A stretch of 42,522 nucleotides of DNA from Asterionella formosa (taxonomy: Eukaryota). Where the stretch lies: assembly GCA_002256025.1 (NCBI GenBank), contig NKIB01014579.1, forward strand, positions 1 to 42,522, written 5' to 3'. Under the pieces are notes generated by a model. It saw only the letters and a program-made list of their open reading frames with translations. It ran no database searches and was not told where the DNA came from. The position numbers were made by a program, and so were the translations under genes. Positions 10,581 to 23,941 of this stretch are shown here, one piece after another (the stretch's first letter is position 1; each line of letters starts with the position of its first letter).

Positions 10581-11896
10581 ATATGTACATCAATATAATA
10601 TGATTTGTGACATGGATTGATGCCTATCACATACCGGGATCCTCAACAACCAGCCATCACGTTCATTGTTGTGTCGTCTTTCGTTGTTTTAGCTATATAT
10701 ATATGCCGGCATGTGTATTTTGTAAACACTACGCAGGCGGAACATGCATATTACACTGTGCTTTGTTCAACAATTACTACACTTGGTTACCATCACACCA
10801 GTTCCACCTCCACAAGTGCCGCAAAAAGCTCCGCGTTTCCCTTCGTCTGCAAATAAAAAGTATCATGATATCAAGGGTATCATACGCTAAGTGGCACAGG
10901 ATTTTCGTATATATATGATAATTTTTGGATCAAAAATATGATCAAGGTATCTTGTAACTATGATGATTTATTAATATTTTACCGACCTTGAAGTATAATG
11001 ATAATAAGAACATTATCATCACACAATTTATATAAACTGATTCAACAGCATTTCCCATCAATATCATAAACCTTCTCATATTATTTTCACTTCTCGTGAT
11101 CGCCCGATGTAAATTATAACTACAACGTATCCTAGAACCAGCTCAACTCTATGCTATCATGTGAATTATTTCATCGTAAATCTATCGTAAACACGATCAT
11201 AATTCTAATCATAAGCATTGGTCAAAATAGATTAAAATGGATCGTAATTCAACTATCAAATTAAGCAATGCTATCTATTAATCTACATGCCAGCGACCCA
11301 ACGTTTCTCTCTCTACTCGGCTCAATGTATATTGTTCCTGTCTCACTCTTTTCTTCCTCTTTTCTGCATCTTGTGCAAAGCAATGCCTTATTAATGTTTC
11401 GTCTCTCTCCCTGCTGTTAGTGTCATTGTGAACTCGCCGGCTATTCCGTTTGATCGGTTTTATTTTCCTATATTGAATAAAGTTGATCAAATAGCTATGA
11501 TACATTGATCGTATAACTATGATGATCTTAAAATAATTATGATATATTTTTAATCAAAGTATGATCATGTTAAAGTAAAACAATGATAATAAAATACGAT
11601 AAAATATGTACGCAAGTGTTATCAATACATCAGCGTTGATATGTACATCATCATAATATGATTTGTGATATGGATTGATATCACATACCCGCATCCTCAA
11701 AAACAAGCCATCACGTTCATCGTCGTGTCGTTTTTCCTTCTTTTAGCTATATATACTGGCATATGTATTGTGTAAACACTACGCTGGCGGAACATGCATA
11801 ATATTACACTGTGCTCTGTTCAACAATTAAAAAACTCGGTTACCACCACAGCAGTTGCACCTCCATAAGCGCCGAAAAAAGCTCCGCATTTCCCTT
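10581..11896. repeat. Direct repeat of ~260 bp (10581-10844 and 11639-11896)
   Basis: Both copies run from atatgtacatca..ataatatgatttgtga to aaaaagctccgc.tttcccttc. Confidence 0.9.
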
Positions 11897-11942
11897 CCAC
11901 TGTTTTACATCATAGTCTTCTGGCCCTTTGACAACTTTCTAA

Positions 11943-13970
11943 ATGGCATTTCACGGATTTCATGGAAAAGATCAGTCAAACAGAAAATGTGACTTACTTC
12001 CATTGTTTACACTACACGACTTTATGTTCTCGGAAAAGAAGATGAAGAAAGTTATGAAATCAATCGAAGATTCCTTTGAATACACTCAAAAGTCAGATGA
12101 ATTTGAACAGATTCATAATACTCCAGAATAATAATGAAGTATGCCGATACATTAGTGGCTGAGTTTGAAATGAAGGAAAGATTGCTTTCGAAGAGCCAAG
12201 GAAACCCAAACAGTTGTTCTTCGCGGATTTAGACTCTATTCCTACAGAGTCACAGAATGATCCAGTGTCGTATTTTGCTTGTTCACCTGCCATTCATTGA
12301 TTGTAATTCATTTGTTGAACAAATTCATGCGATGAATGAAAATATCGGCGGAAATGTGGCAGACAACACTTCCAAAGTACAAATGGTTGAAAATTTGCAA
12401 AACCAAGAAATATGTCTCACTATTCGTCCAGAACATCAAGATGAACATCATATAAACTATTGCATTTCTAAAAGAACAGATATTCAAGAAAAAGTCTGCG
12501 CTAGATCAAGACCTCGAATTCAAGAAGATCAATGCAGACAGAGATGTGATGCTGTCTAAGGCAGTTGATGCTCTGATTAAGGAACGAAGTCAGAAACACA
12601 AAATTGAATCTTTTTCCAAATCATACATGGAAGAAAAAGAATTTCTTTGTAAAATCATTGAAAACAATCAAGAAGGCAGCTACTTTTGTGAAGAGTTGGC
12701 ATTTGAAATATGTAGAGTTATTATGCCAAAGCAAACTGCATTTTCCTTGAGTTTGCCGAAAGCGCATGGAGAACTAAAATTGTGGAAAGAATTGTACACT
12801 CGTACCCCACAAGATATATGTAATTACGCCTCTGTATTTTATGGAGTCAAAGGTATCAAGAAATCATCTTCAGATTTTAAATATCTTGCATATTGGGACC
12901 TTGAAACAATTACCTCTATGATCCATTATATAATTCATGAACTTCATCCAAGTGATGTAAAGGTAATACTATATTTGATCTGGATGAGAACCCAGAAAAG
13001 GGTAATAACAAACCATAGCTATATATACCAAGCTGATTGTCATCCACTTCATCATGACAGTAACTATGTTCTAATTGTGTATTGCAAAAGATCAGATGAG
13101 GAGGAAAACAATCATTTTGTGCATTTTCTTTTTGCTATAAATGATGGATTATGTCAAGTCCATGATCCAGGAAAAGATGCAAGTTTGGATGAACATTATG
13201 ATCAAGTATTTCACCTTGCCCGTAAGTACTGCATCATCCCCGGATGCAGAAAAGAATTGGAATTCTTATGCACCGATACAGGATATCTTCCACAAGAATC
13301 CCATACACCTGAAGAAATTGGGTTCTCGGAATCTTTCTATACTGGCACCAAAGCACCATTGCAGATCATTATGGCCACTGAACATGATTCCATGTTATTT
13401 CAACCAGAAGATGACAGTGGATGGTCACGTGGACCTTTTACAATTGTGAAAGTGTTGGAAACTGTATTGCAATTAGAAAGGAATGGCGAAACCAAATTTC
13501 TTGGCAAACGGGCACATTTCCGTTTGGAGATTGAGTCCTGGAAAGCTTTAAAACGTCAGGTGGCAGCAACAGATGGAACAGACGATTTCTTATCCATAAC
13601 ATCTGACCCACCAACCAAGTCAACATACTTTCATCTTTGAACAGTTTGGCCTCAAGTGACAACGACAAATTCTCTTGAGCAGTATATCATGTTTCAGTTG
13701 GAAATAACTGTTCTTCAATTTTGTATTGACAAAATTTTGACCTCCTATTTAGATTTAAAAATGTTGAAGGAAGTATTTGGACGAGTTCCTTGCAACTCTT
13801 CTTTCAAGAAGGATGAAGTTGTCTACGTAAAATCCATGATACAACAAAGTAATGAAAAACTTGCTCCCTTCAAATGGTATAATCATGCACCTCTTGGCCA
13901 AATTTCTGAATGCATCAAAATTGACAAAAATTTAGAAAAATTTCGGACCAAACGAGAAGGACCATCTTAG
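11943..13970 (+). pseudogene. Disrupted gene with a Ulp1/C48-like cysteine-protease domain, probably transposon-borne
   Basis: Successive ORF pieces at 11943, 12257, 12546 and 13656. Motif order is NNHFVHFLF...QVHDPG...QPEDDSGWSRGPF (H, D, Q, then the C position). The expected Cys codon is CGT at 13428-13430. Confidence 0.55.
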
Positions 13971-13999
13971 GTTCTTTGGGAGTGAAAAAGAACAATTAA

Positions 14000-15810
14000 T
14001 GGACCATTGGGATTATCCAATGTCATCATTTCTTAGGAAATTGTAGTTTGTGAAAACCTCATAATAACCAATTTAGTATGTGAAGCTACATTGTTACCAT
14101 TTTCATTTATATTATTCTTGTGTATTTATCAACGTTCGTTTGTTGTTTTTGTTCCCACCCGATTGATTTCCATAAATGATGTGGAGGCATGGCAACATAA
14201 AAATTATCTTTCCGTATTTGTTCCAAAACTTCTTGCGCGCGGTTTCAGATATTTCCTTGATTCCTGTGGTTTCAAAGCAGGTAAACCAAATGCTGTCGAA
14301 AGTATGTTGTGAAATTCAACAACGTTCAATTCAGTTGTATCATTACATAAGGTGTCTCGCTCCTCTTGCAAAAACATACGTTTATGAATTTTCATTTCAG
14401 TTGAACTTTTCAAGGAACGAATACACGCTAAGAGAATGGTTGTTGTATTGGAAAAAATAACATTTGCTTCCCCACAGAAGTAGTTTTGCCAGAACTGTGT
14501 AGGAACTTGTGTCTGCAAAAAAACTGTTTCCCTGATCGTATTTATAAGATCACGGGTATCATACGAGAACTGGCACAGAATTTTTCTGTGCATAATACAT
14601 ATTTCGTCATATGTATGATAAATGCATACTATGAAAGTGGACAGGCTAAGCTTATTTTTAATAATCAAACAACCATATAATTGAGAGGATGTACATTCTT
14701 TTATCATATATCTATCCTCATATGATGGTAACTCTAATCGAAATAGCTGTTAAAAATAGCTTGGATTGTAATTTTACTGTTATATAACGAAATCATTTTT
14801 ATGTTTCTACATTTTCTGCAGTTGCTTAAACAGCCAATGTTCCCCTTTTCCATTGTCTCAATGCTCTTGATGCATGCCTCCCCCCTCCCTTCAGGCAGTG
14901 CTTGTGAGGATGCATGTCTCCCCCGCCTCCCTTCAATGCTCTTGAGGATGCATTGCCTCCTGCCTTCAAATCTCTTGATGCATACTACCTCCCGCCTCCC
15001 TTCCACTCTGTTTCTGAAACTCGTCTGACTACTTGCTGCAAATCCCATTCCCTTTTGATCCAATTCTGATTTCGCATGCGCTATTTCGTTCCTGTTCTAT
15101 CCATTTCGATTTCCTAATCATACTAACGATGAGAAGGAATTACTCGCTTGCTAACCATGTTTCGTTTATATCTCAACACTGCAGTCCCATTTCAGCATGC
15201 TCCACTTACCAGAAGTCGATGAACTTTTCGCATAATTCAGTAAAATAATGTGTCAGTCAATGATCACATAAGTACAAATCAATAAACCGTTCCGCCAATG
15301 TCATTTATAACTTACAACAAAAATCTTTGATTAAAATTATCCTGAAAGATTGAAAAACAAACATGTGTCTGTGATGTTCTAAATGTGGTTCATTGATCCA
15401 ACAAGAGCATTTACAATTTTTTGGTCGACATTGGTGGTATCCCGCTGAATGCGAAATGTGCTTTTGAATTGCTAGGGAAGGAGGCCAATATTTAGTCTTT
15501 GTGAACCCAAAAATTTATCACCTTGGCATGTACTCTTGACATACCATAGCTAGATTCAGTTCACTCTTCCATTTTCAATTCTTCTAAGCCGCAAGGTTTG
15601 TCATCATTGGGTGCGTTGAAGCGTCGTTCTCTCAGTTTTCCTTGTCACAGGGGAGAGATTATCTTTCATTCCAGGATCATAGCTATGTTACCGGTATGGT
15701 CGATTTCAAGCAATCATGAGCGAGGCAGCAAAATATTCAGGAATTAGGTCAACAATGTTGCTTGTTGAAAAGGGCTCTGGGACAAGGGTTTCCTCTGCAT
15801 CATGGTGGAA
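14000..15810 (-). pseudogene. Heavily degraded ORF, possibly a MULE-type transposase
   Basis: Starts just inside the inverted-repeat arm. TTELNVVEFHNIL weakly resembles the MULE TxNxxExxHxxL motif. Many stops and frameshifts. Confidence 0.3.
14860..15004. repeat. Minisatellite, 4 imperfect units of ~33-37 bp
   Basis: aatgctcttga(gga)tgcatg.ctcccc.cctcccttc repeated. Confidence 0.85.
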
Positions 15811-15814
15811 AAGA

Positions 15815-15998
15815 AGGTCGTAAATTTAGAGGAGAACTGTCCCATGCAGTCGTGTTGGTCTGGCTGGGCAGCTGAAATCCAACAATCAACCGAAATTCCC
15901 ATTTTCTAGAGGGACACACACAAACTCTCATCAATGAAGGAGTGTATTAGATAAGCTAGCTACGGTAGCTAGTTTTTATAAATAAAGTGTTTCTACTA
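15815..15998 (-). repeat. Right arm of the ~190-bp inverted repeat; partner at 5903-6095
   Basis: gtcgtaaatttagaggagaactgtcc...agtgtttctacta is the reverse complement of the left arm, with substitutions and small indels. Confidence 0.9.
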
Positions 15999-16568
15999 TT
16001 CTCCTGCTAGTAGCACAGTAGCTGTTTCTAGACTAGCAAAAACAACATCGTACTAATTAAGCTACCAGTATCATTCTGGATGAGATTTTGCTCTTGTAAA
16101 AAAACACTACCAGTAGCAATTCACAAAGTGATTTCCCATTCTGAGTTGTCAGGAGGAGATCGTTCAGGGCATATAAAAGCAGGGGACATGAAAATTTGCT
16201 AAATTAGTCGACTATGAGAAAAAAGTAGAGAAACTAAAATAATCGCTACAGTACTGTAAACAAAAAACTAAATGACATTGCCGTAGTAGGCAACATAAGG
16301 ATAAAAAATCCTATGTATTTATAAAACGAAAAGTGGTCCATGTGAATCTATCATCGTTTTCATCCTGCTGAAACGTAAACGTATTGAGAACAGGCAAGGG
16401 GTTTTCCGTACATGAATTTCGAAGAACTGAAAAAGGAAGAAGCAAGTCTCACTCTCGCAACTTTGTCTGTGCTGTTAAGTAATATCCTTGTACTAGTACC
16501 ATTTTGTAAGAAGGGTGGATGGGAAAAAATTCTCAATCATTCCCTGAATTTGGCTTACTGCCCGGAAT

Positions 16569-16825
16569 GATGAGTTGGATTTCAGTTTTACCGGACACTT
16601 CGACATTTACGTAGGTCAGATATGAATAGGCTACATACAATATATTCCACACACGAGTGTACCATAGGACGGAATCCAGAATCCGTTCGTACGCCATACT
16701 TGATGTCGAAATCAACAGAACGACATCATAAATAATATTTATTATCTTTTATTTCTATCATATACATATATATATTTTGTTCAAGGAGCATGGTGATATG
16801 GTACATTACCTGTAACCTGGTACCA
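16569..16825 (+). repeat. Dispersed repeat; second copy at 34949-35176
   Basis: Shared atttcagttttaccggacactt, aggacggaatccagaatccgttcgta and gttcaaggagcatggtgat...ctgtaacctggtacca. Confidence 0.9.
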
Positions 16826-17314
16826 AGTGAATACCAGTGGCAACTCACCACGAAGTACTTGACGATAGAACACGAAAATGATCACGTGACTACGACATAA
16901 AGCTGTGCAAATGATGCTTTTGCTTTGGCTGTTACTATCACTCTAGCATGTAATAGGCGATAGAATACGAAAATGATCACGTGACTACAACAAATACCAC
17001 CCTGTGCAAATACTTTACCAGGAGGTACCAGGTTCCAGGTACTTCCTGCATCCACATGCTTATATACTGGGAAGTACATCAACTGGTACATACATAGGAG
17101 CATCATTGGAAACACTTGTTCAGTGCTGTACTCGAAACTACAACAGGAATGTGATGATAGCAAGAATTAAGAATCAGGTTTTTTCTGTGTCAATTTCATG
17201 TGTGCTGCTGATCAGACAAGATCAATTGAATCACCAATGTCAGTGTTACCACTTTGTAATGATTCAGTAAATGCTATATCATTAGATGGTATAAGTCCTA
17301 TATAACGTTAACCT

Positions 17315-17757
17315 TGTTATAGGCTCTTCTATACAGACCATATAATTGTTTACTCTCACTGTAGAGATTTACACTATAAAACATCAACCGTAAGTGAAAG
17401 GTGTATCTACCCTTTTACATTACGCACACGACTACTACCATGGAACCCATACGTAGTACATATACATGTAAACAAGAGTGATCATGATTAGTACGTGATG
17501 CTATACACACGGTTACTAGTATGTAGCTCGTAGTACATACTGCATTATGTACCCGCAGCTAGTATATGTTACGTGATAACTATTAGTACAGATGTATCTC
17601 TAGAATACCGGTAGACGTACCAATGCTAGGCTAAAACATGACACCTAGCATGGACTCTTGACACCTAGTACATGCCCTTCTCATCAAGACCCTTGTGAGT
17701 CCCCTTGGACTAGGAGCTAATATAGACACACTAATCATTAAGCTCATAATTACCCAG
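17315..17757. mobile_element. Possible solo LTR
   Basis: Non-coding, begins TGTTAT, has internal short repeats (tgacacctag twice) and is flanked by aacct at 17310-17314 and 17758-17762. The right end is AG rather than CA. Confidence 0.3.
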
Positions 17758-17760
17758 AAC

Positions 17761-19503
17761 CTACTTGTTGAATCCTGACAACCGTAGGGCACAAACATGG
17801 TGTCTTGCGCACTTTCTCTTGTATTGGAGGTGCATGGTGAACAACATCCTCAGCTTGACTGGTGCAAAAGATGCATTGAGGCCGTAAATATGGTGCACTC
17901 TATTGGAAAGACATTTCTTCTTAAAAATGAGAGTGGAGGAAAAACTATTCAAATGTCGTTTTCTGATTTCAGACAAGAACGCAAGTTTCCAAATCCACTC
18001 AAATATTCATCTTAATATGGCCCACTTTTCTTTGCAATGAATCCTGGATTGGACAGCATCCACATAAAGGAGTACTGGAATGCCAATTTGTTAACATTGA
18101 ACTGTAATAGGCTAGCTTTCAAGTTTATATTCTTGAAGAATTGCTTTCCAGATTTGATCAAAGAACGCAATGCTGGAGGCGAGGAACCTGTTTGTACAGA
18201 GCCAACAATTCTTCAGAAATGTGGCTGGCCTAAGGACGCTGTGTGTCACTACTGCCTCAAACTGAATGAAATATCTGGGATTTAAGTCAGTAGAATAAAT
18301 TATGATGACGCAATATTGATCTCTCAATCGATCCTTTGCTTACTGTTCAACCTTTAGGACACCAAAGAAGTTGTCCATTGTCATAATCCCTTTGTGTATG
18401 TACCTGTGGATTGCTTTTGTTTCCACTGAAACTGGAAGAGTGCCAATTGTTCGTGTAATCATGGACATATTTCCTACGGTAATTGGAGGATGGATGGTGA
18501 CTTGGAACGATGATTTAAGAATGACCTTGAGTGCAGCTCTCACCACCAACATAATTGACTCATCTGATGAGAGTATGATATGTGTTTATGTGGCTTTCTC
18601 GTTAACTGGTGGTCAGTTGTGTACAAAAGTTGATCATGTTCTTTTTGCTGTGTTGCATGGTTGGGGAGCATCTCATTGTCGTTTTTCTTGAAGATGATGT
18701 AGTTCCTATCTGTGTCCTGGTCTTGTTGTTCATCTGCTGATTGTGTAGTAATACGCACTGTTTTGTTCTCTGTGTGGCCGGTATGAGTATCTGCTATGAT
18801 CCTTTTCTTCTGGGGGTCAGGTTGCAGAGTTTGGAGTGCCATTGGTTGGGTTGGAGAAATTGTATTGTTGTCGTTGGTGTGCTCTTCTGCAGAAGGCACT
18901 GTCTTTGCTATGGGATGATTTTCCTGATCTATCTGAGTTGTTCCAATGTGTGTGCATAGTAGTAGAGGAGACTGTTTCTTCTGGGTTTTTCTGAGTAGTT
19001 CCATGTTTTTCGGTAGAAAGGGTAGTTTGGTCTGTGTCATTAGAACGTGATTTTGCATGATTGGTGAAGGTGATGCTGGAGGAGAATCGCTATTCTTCTT
19101 CTTTGTCACCTTCAGAACTACCTCCTTCCAGTCATTAGAATCGCGGCCATGAGTTGGATCAGTACTATATTTATAACAAGGCCGCGAACTCATTTAGCCT
19201 CTTTTGCTGTAGTAAATTGGGATTGCTCTTGTATTTTTGGGCGTAAAAGCATGATTGGTTGAACCTATAAATGTCAGGGATATGAAAACCATTGTGTGCT
19301 GGCAAGGGTACTATCAGGATGGGAAGCAGGTCTGTTCTGTTGGAGAAATAATCTCTTGTAGTAGATGGCAAACTTTGATCTGTTGAGGTGGAGAGGACAA
19401 CACCACAATCGCTGAAGCTGCCTGTGATTGATGGATACTCATGTGGGCCATTGAGTTTTCTCCAGATGTACAATAAAAGGGAGCTCCTTACCAAGTATGT
19501 CAA
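17761..19503 (-). pseudogene. Degraded long coding region with a disordered T/Q/P-rich section, possibly non-LTR retroelement ORF1-like
   Basis: Chain of minus-strand ORFs (19171-19503, 18540-19193, 18340-18552, 18112-18327, 17761-17976) separated by stops and frameshifts. No diagnostic motif. Confidence 0.3.
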
Positions 19504-20276
19504 GTGAGAGGGATTGCAATAGGGATTGAAGTTCCGTCTGTTTCATTCGAGCAGAGGACTAAAGAAGCCATCCGCAATCACGTGGGTACTTTGCCGTGGA
19601 ACTGATCAAACAACTGGTCCAAGTGGGATGAGAAAGAGCTATCCAATACTGTTAAGAATAGTAGAAAGTGCTTGTGCTTTACAGGTTCTTATGTGAATTT
19701 GACCCTTGACAATGCGGCCATTAAGAGTGCGCCCGCCGTAAAGGAGTTATATAAATTATTGAGTCTGATTAGATGTTGAAGGGTTTGGGTAGAAGTGGGG
19801 GGATGGGTTGATCCATTGTCAGATGTTTATCTTTTCAGGATATGGTGGTAAATAAAGAACAGAGTGCAGCGACAATCAGGGGAGCCGCATTGGATGGACG
19901 TTTCTTGGTGCTGTGAAGAGTGTCAGAGAGAGTCGTCGTTGGGGGAGTCGGGGAAGAAAAGGTGATTGCGTGGCGCTTGAAGTATGATGCGCCAAGTTGT
20001 CGGGGTTGTCCAGCGCCGACAGAGCGATGATTTTGCCAAGGCTTTCTTGGATGTGGGAGTGGGAATGAAGAGAGTATCGACGTCCATTAGGTCATTGGGA
20101 AAATTATTGATGGGGTCGGTGGCGGCACGGCGGCGGAAAGCGCATTCGCCGTAGGCTCTGGACTAGAAATGTTACTAGTAAATGAATGTACGTAACCCGG
20201 AGGTGAGTCCACCTTCACTTTGGAATTATAGCAATATCATAAAATATATATTGGAAAAAAATTTTCGTTCACCCTT

Positions 20277-22482
20277 TTTCGATATTTCGTAGCCTTTTTT
20301 TTGATAAACCCTTAATTAAACCCTAGCCTACATAGCCTTTATATAAACCACCAATATTTCTTGCTACACGGAAATCAGTTTGCTCGATGACACTGCCGTG
20401 ACTGCTGCTACTCATGGCTAATACTCATACATGCACAGCATCATTGTGTTCGAATCGACTCTGATGCCTCAACCAAAGCTGTTGGAGCCTATTGAGTGGA
20501 CAATACAGAGGAGGAGGGACTGGACGGCCCTATACAGGCGTTCTACGGCGCTGTAGTAATTCGATGATACAGAGCGCATTTGTGCACTTGAACACTCACT
20601 CAGCATACTACATGATCATGTCAAGAAGGCGAGATTATTGCGGACCTCATCATCTTTGCTGGCTTCCATAGTAACTAAAAAGCAGACCAACAGAGGAGGG
20701 AAAGCGACAGTACCTCCCAACAATGTTGTCGTGTCAACTCAGGGTCAATCTTTGGGAAGCTAAGCAATGCAACAAATGGAATCATCAATGGATCTGATGC
20801 TGGCTGCTCAGCCAGCTCGCAGTTCATTTGGAACATTTTTTGTAGTGTGATATACAGAAATATAGAGTGTATAAACTGCAAACTGCAAACTGCAATTTTT
20901 GAAAGCACAAAATCGGTTGGATGAACATGAACTGCAATCAGCAAAGCACAACCTGAATGACACTCTAAGAAATTAAATGATGAAGAACCGACAACCAGAA
21001 GAAATTGCACAGATCATGGATGCTTTGGAGAATGAAAGTGAAGATGAAACAGAAAGCAACAGCAAAGATGAGAATGACAGATATCAACCTGATTATGACA
21101 ATAGTTTCGACTTATGGCATTCATTAGAAGAGGCAATTGAGGAGGTGACTGGTTAGGTCCTCTTGCAAGTGAGGAATCTGACCTTGTTCAAGTCTTCTAT
21201 TGACGAATATGAAGGGCATGAATTGCCCTCAGTTCTTTGTTCTCTTATAAAGTTGCGAGACTAGAAACAAAAAGATGAGTTTGATTGTATCACAGAATCT
21301 GCTGTTTGTTGTGTTTAGTTGTCAGAACCAGAAGATGGAGTGTTTTATGAAAAAGAAGTATTCATTTTTTGATGAAGGTGAGGAGGCTTACAAATTGAAG
21401 CCTTTGTATCTTTTGGGGTTAGTACTAGGCTATCGCCTTTTTTTTGGAAGGACATTGAGGAATGATGATGCATGTGGTCATGGTCAGATTTTGAGCTCAT
21501 TGGCTGGGATGAATCGCTTTTCACTTAATGTAAATGTTACTTTGGAGAGCGGGTTTTTTTGACTTTTTATGAATACAATCTCATTGCAACCTTTCCCTCA
21601 AATGAGTTACCAAAATTAAAAATCATGGGAACAGATGGAATTTATGTAATCTGAAACTTTTCAATTTTCCTGAAATCAACATGATCTGGAAGACTGGTCA
21701 AACAGTTTGTGATGTTTAGGTGCGTACCTATATCAAAATAAATTTAGAGAAGTTTGTGACAAGCTAGAATAGACTCTCCAGGAATACACATTTATTGCGA
21801 TGATTATCATAGTAGTCTACAGATCAAAATATGGTAATAATCATATTTAGCTATATATGTCATTTGCTATAATTCATACTATGTTATGGTTGCTCATTGT
21901 CATAGCAGCTGGGAGGGGACTAAATAACAATATGGTACTAATAATACCAGGTAGATTGGAGAGAGTTAATGCCAGACAAGGATCCCAAGATGCAACTTCC
22001 AAAATTCGTTGGTCTGGTTTCTGCTCCATTGAATTTTCGGTGAACAAGCAAGGTCCTTATTGTTGGGAGGTGCTGTCTCTTTCCCTCCTCTGTTGGTCTT
22101 TTGATGGAAACCTGAGAAGATGATAAGGTCCACAATAATCTCGCCTTGCTTGACATCAGCCATCATGTATACTGAGGGTCGATGAGTGATTATTCATTCG
22201 CTCTGTTTTATTGGTTACAGATCTGTCAAATGCCTGTAAAGGGCCGTCTCCAGTCCCTCCTCTCTATCGTCCACTCAATAGGCTCCAACAACTTTGGTTG
22301 ATGCCATCAGAGTCAATTCGAACACAATGATGTGCATGTGTATGTGTAGCAGCCATCACAGCAGTGTCATGAAGCCAACTGAGTTTCGTGTGGCAAACAA
22401 AATATTGGTTGTTTATGTCAAGGCTATGTAGGCTAGGGTTTAATTCAGGGTTTATCAAAAAGAGGGGGACGAAATATCGAAA
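20277..22482. mobile_element. Non-autonomous long-TIR (MULE/foldback-like) element, arms ~430-450 bp
   Basis: 20277-20722 is the diverged reverse complement of 22060-22482 (tttcgatatttcgt...aattaaaccctagcctacatagcctt...tgttggagcctattgagtggac...agaccaacagaggagggaaag). No TSD recognised. Confidence 0.75.
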
Positions 22483-22958
22483 TACCGGTAGCATACTGCT
22501 ACAAGCAGGATGTATTTCCTACAGGGCAGGTAATTAATTTATATAATATAGCCCACTTAAGTAAAAGAGAACAATTGGCAACTGTATTTCTCTGTGTCCG
22601 GCGGTGGCATACTGGGGTGCTTTCATTGTGATATGTTCAGCAGTTGTTTATATTTTGCTTTTACCAGGATACATTATATTGACTTGTTTAATGCCGCCGT
22701 CCCTCAGATGGTGACGGTGTGCTATCCAACTCCATGTTGATGGATCCTTCTGTATGCAAAATGAACAAGTTTACAAAACAAGCATCACCATGTATGTATC
22801 AATCCGGGAAACATCAATAAAGAAGAGCATGAACTTAAATTCCAAGTCACAGTTTCACAAAACGTACCATAATTGATAATCAAAATTTAACAGTAATGTA
22901 ATTATAATAATAAATACTAGTTGATCCTCCTAAAAATAACCATAATGATCATTTCCCC

Positions 22959-23941
22959 CTATGCCTCTAGAGTCAAATTGCGAAGTGCTCCATTACCATT
23001 TTCTTGAACACAAGCGTTGGATGAGTGATTTTGCATAGCAGACTCAATTGCGACTTTTCCATCAGCATTGACAATCGCCACCTTGTTGTTTTCATTAAAA
23101 GCCAAGTTCCGAAGTGCTGCACAAACATAGTGTTGCACATCAGCATTGGAGGAATGAGTCTTCATTGCAGTCAGAATCGTAGTGATACCTCCTGCTGCAG
23201 CAACCGTCACCTGGTTTTTGTCATTGTTGTAAGCCAAGTTCCCAAGTGCTCCACAACCTTAGAGTTGTACCTTAGCATTGGATGAATGATTCCTCATCGC
23301 AGACAGAATCCTAGTGATACCTTCTGCTGCAGCAATTGCCACCTGGTTGTTGTCATTATTCTCAGCCAAGATCATAAGTGCTCCACAACCATAGAGTTGC
23401 ACCTTAGCATTGTTTTGATGATTCCTCATCGCAGACAGAATCCTAGTGATACCTCCTGCTTCAGCAATTGTCACCTTGTTCTCATTATTCAAAGCCAAGT
23501 TCAGAAGTGCTCCACAACCATAGAGTTGTACCTTAGCATTGGATGAATGAATCCTCATCTCAGACAGAATCGTAGTGATACCTCCTGCTGCAGCAATCGT
23601 CACCTTGTTGTTGTCATTCACAGCCAAGTTCCAAAGTTCTGAACAACCTTTTTTTTGAATCTTAGCATTCCTCTCATTCATTTGCATCCCAGAAATCTGA
23701 GACGAAATTGAAGCGGCAGTAGGCCCTTCATGATCGCATCTGGGGCAGCTGTCTCGCAAAGTCATCCAAACTCCAAGAAAATTCTTTTGCGAAGCTGAAT
23801 TTCTGGATGATGACGATAGAATCCATTCCTAATGAGCTCAGCTTGTACGCCATGCTCATTCATAACTGGAGAATGATGTTCATGGTGGGTGTATCATGAA
23901 GGCTTGAATGATTGTTCGACTGTAGGGACGATATTCCCCAT
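22959..23941 (-). pseudogene. Armadillo-repeat paralog of 6903-8040, disabled
   Basis: MGNIVP start, TGA at 23894-23896, frameshift near 23790, TAA at 23259-23261 replacing Tyr. Same ARM consensus, and both flanks are homologous to the first copy. Confidence 0.9.
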
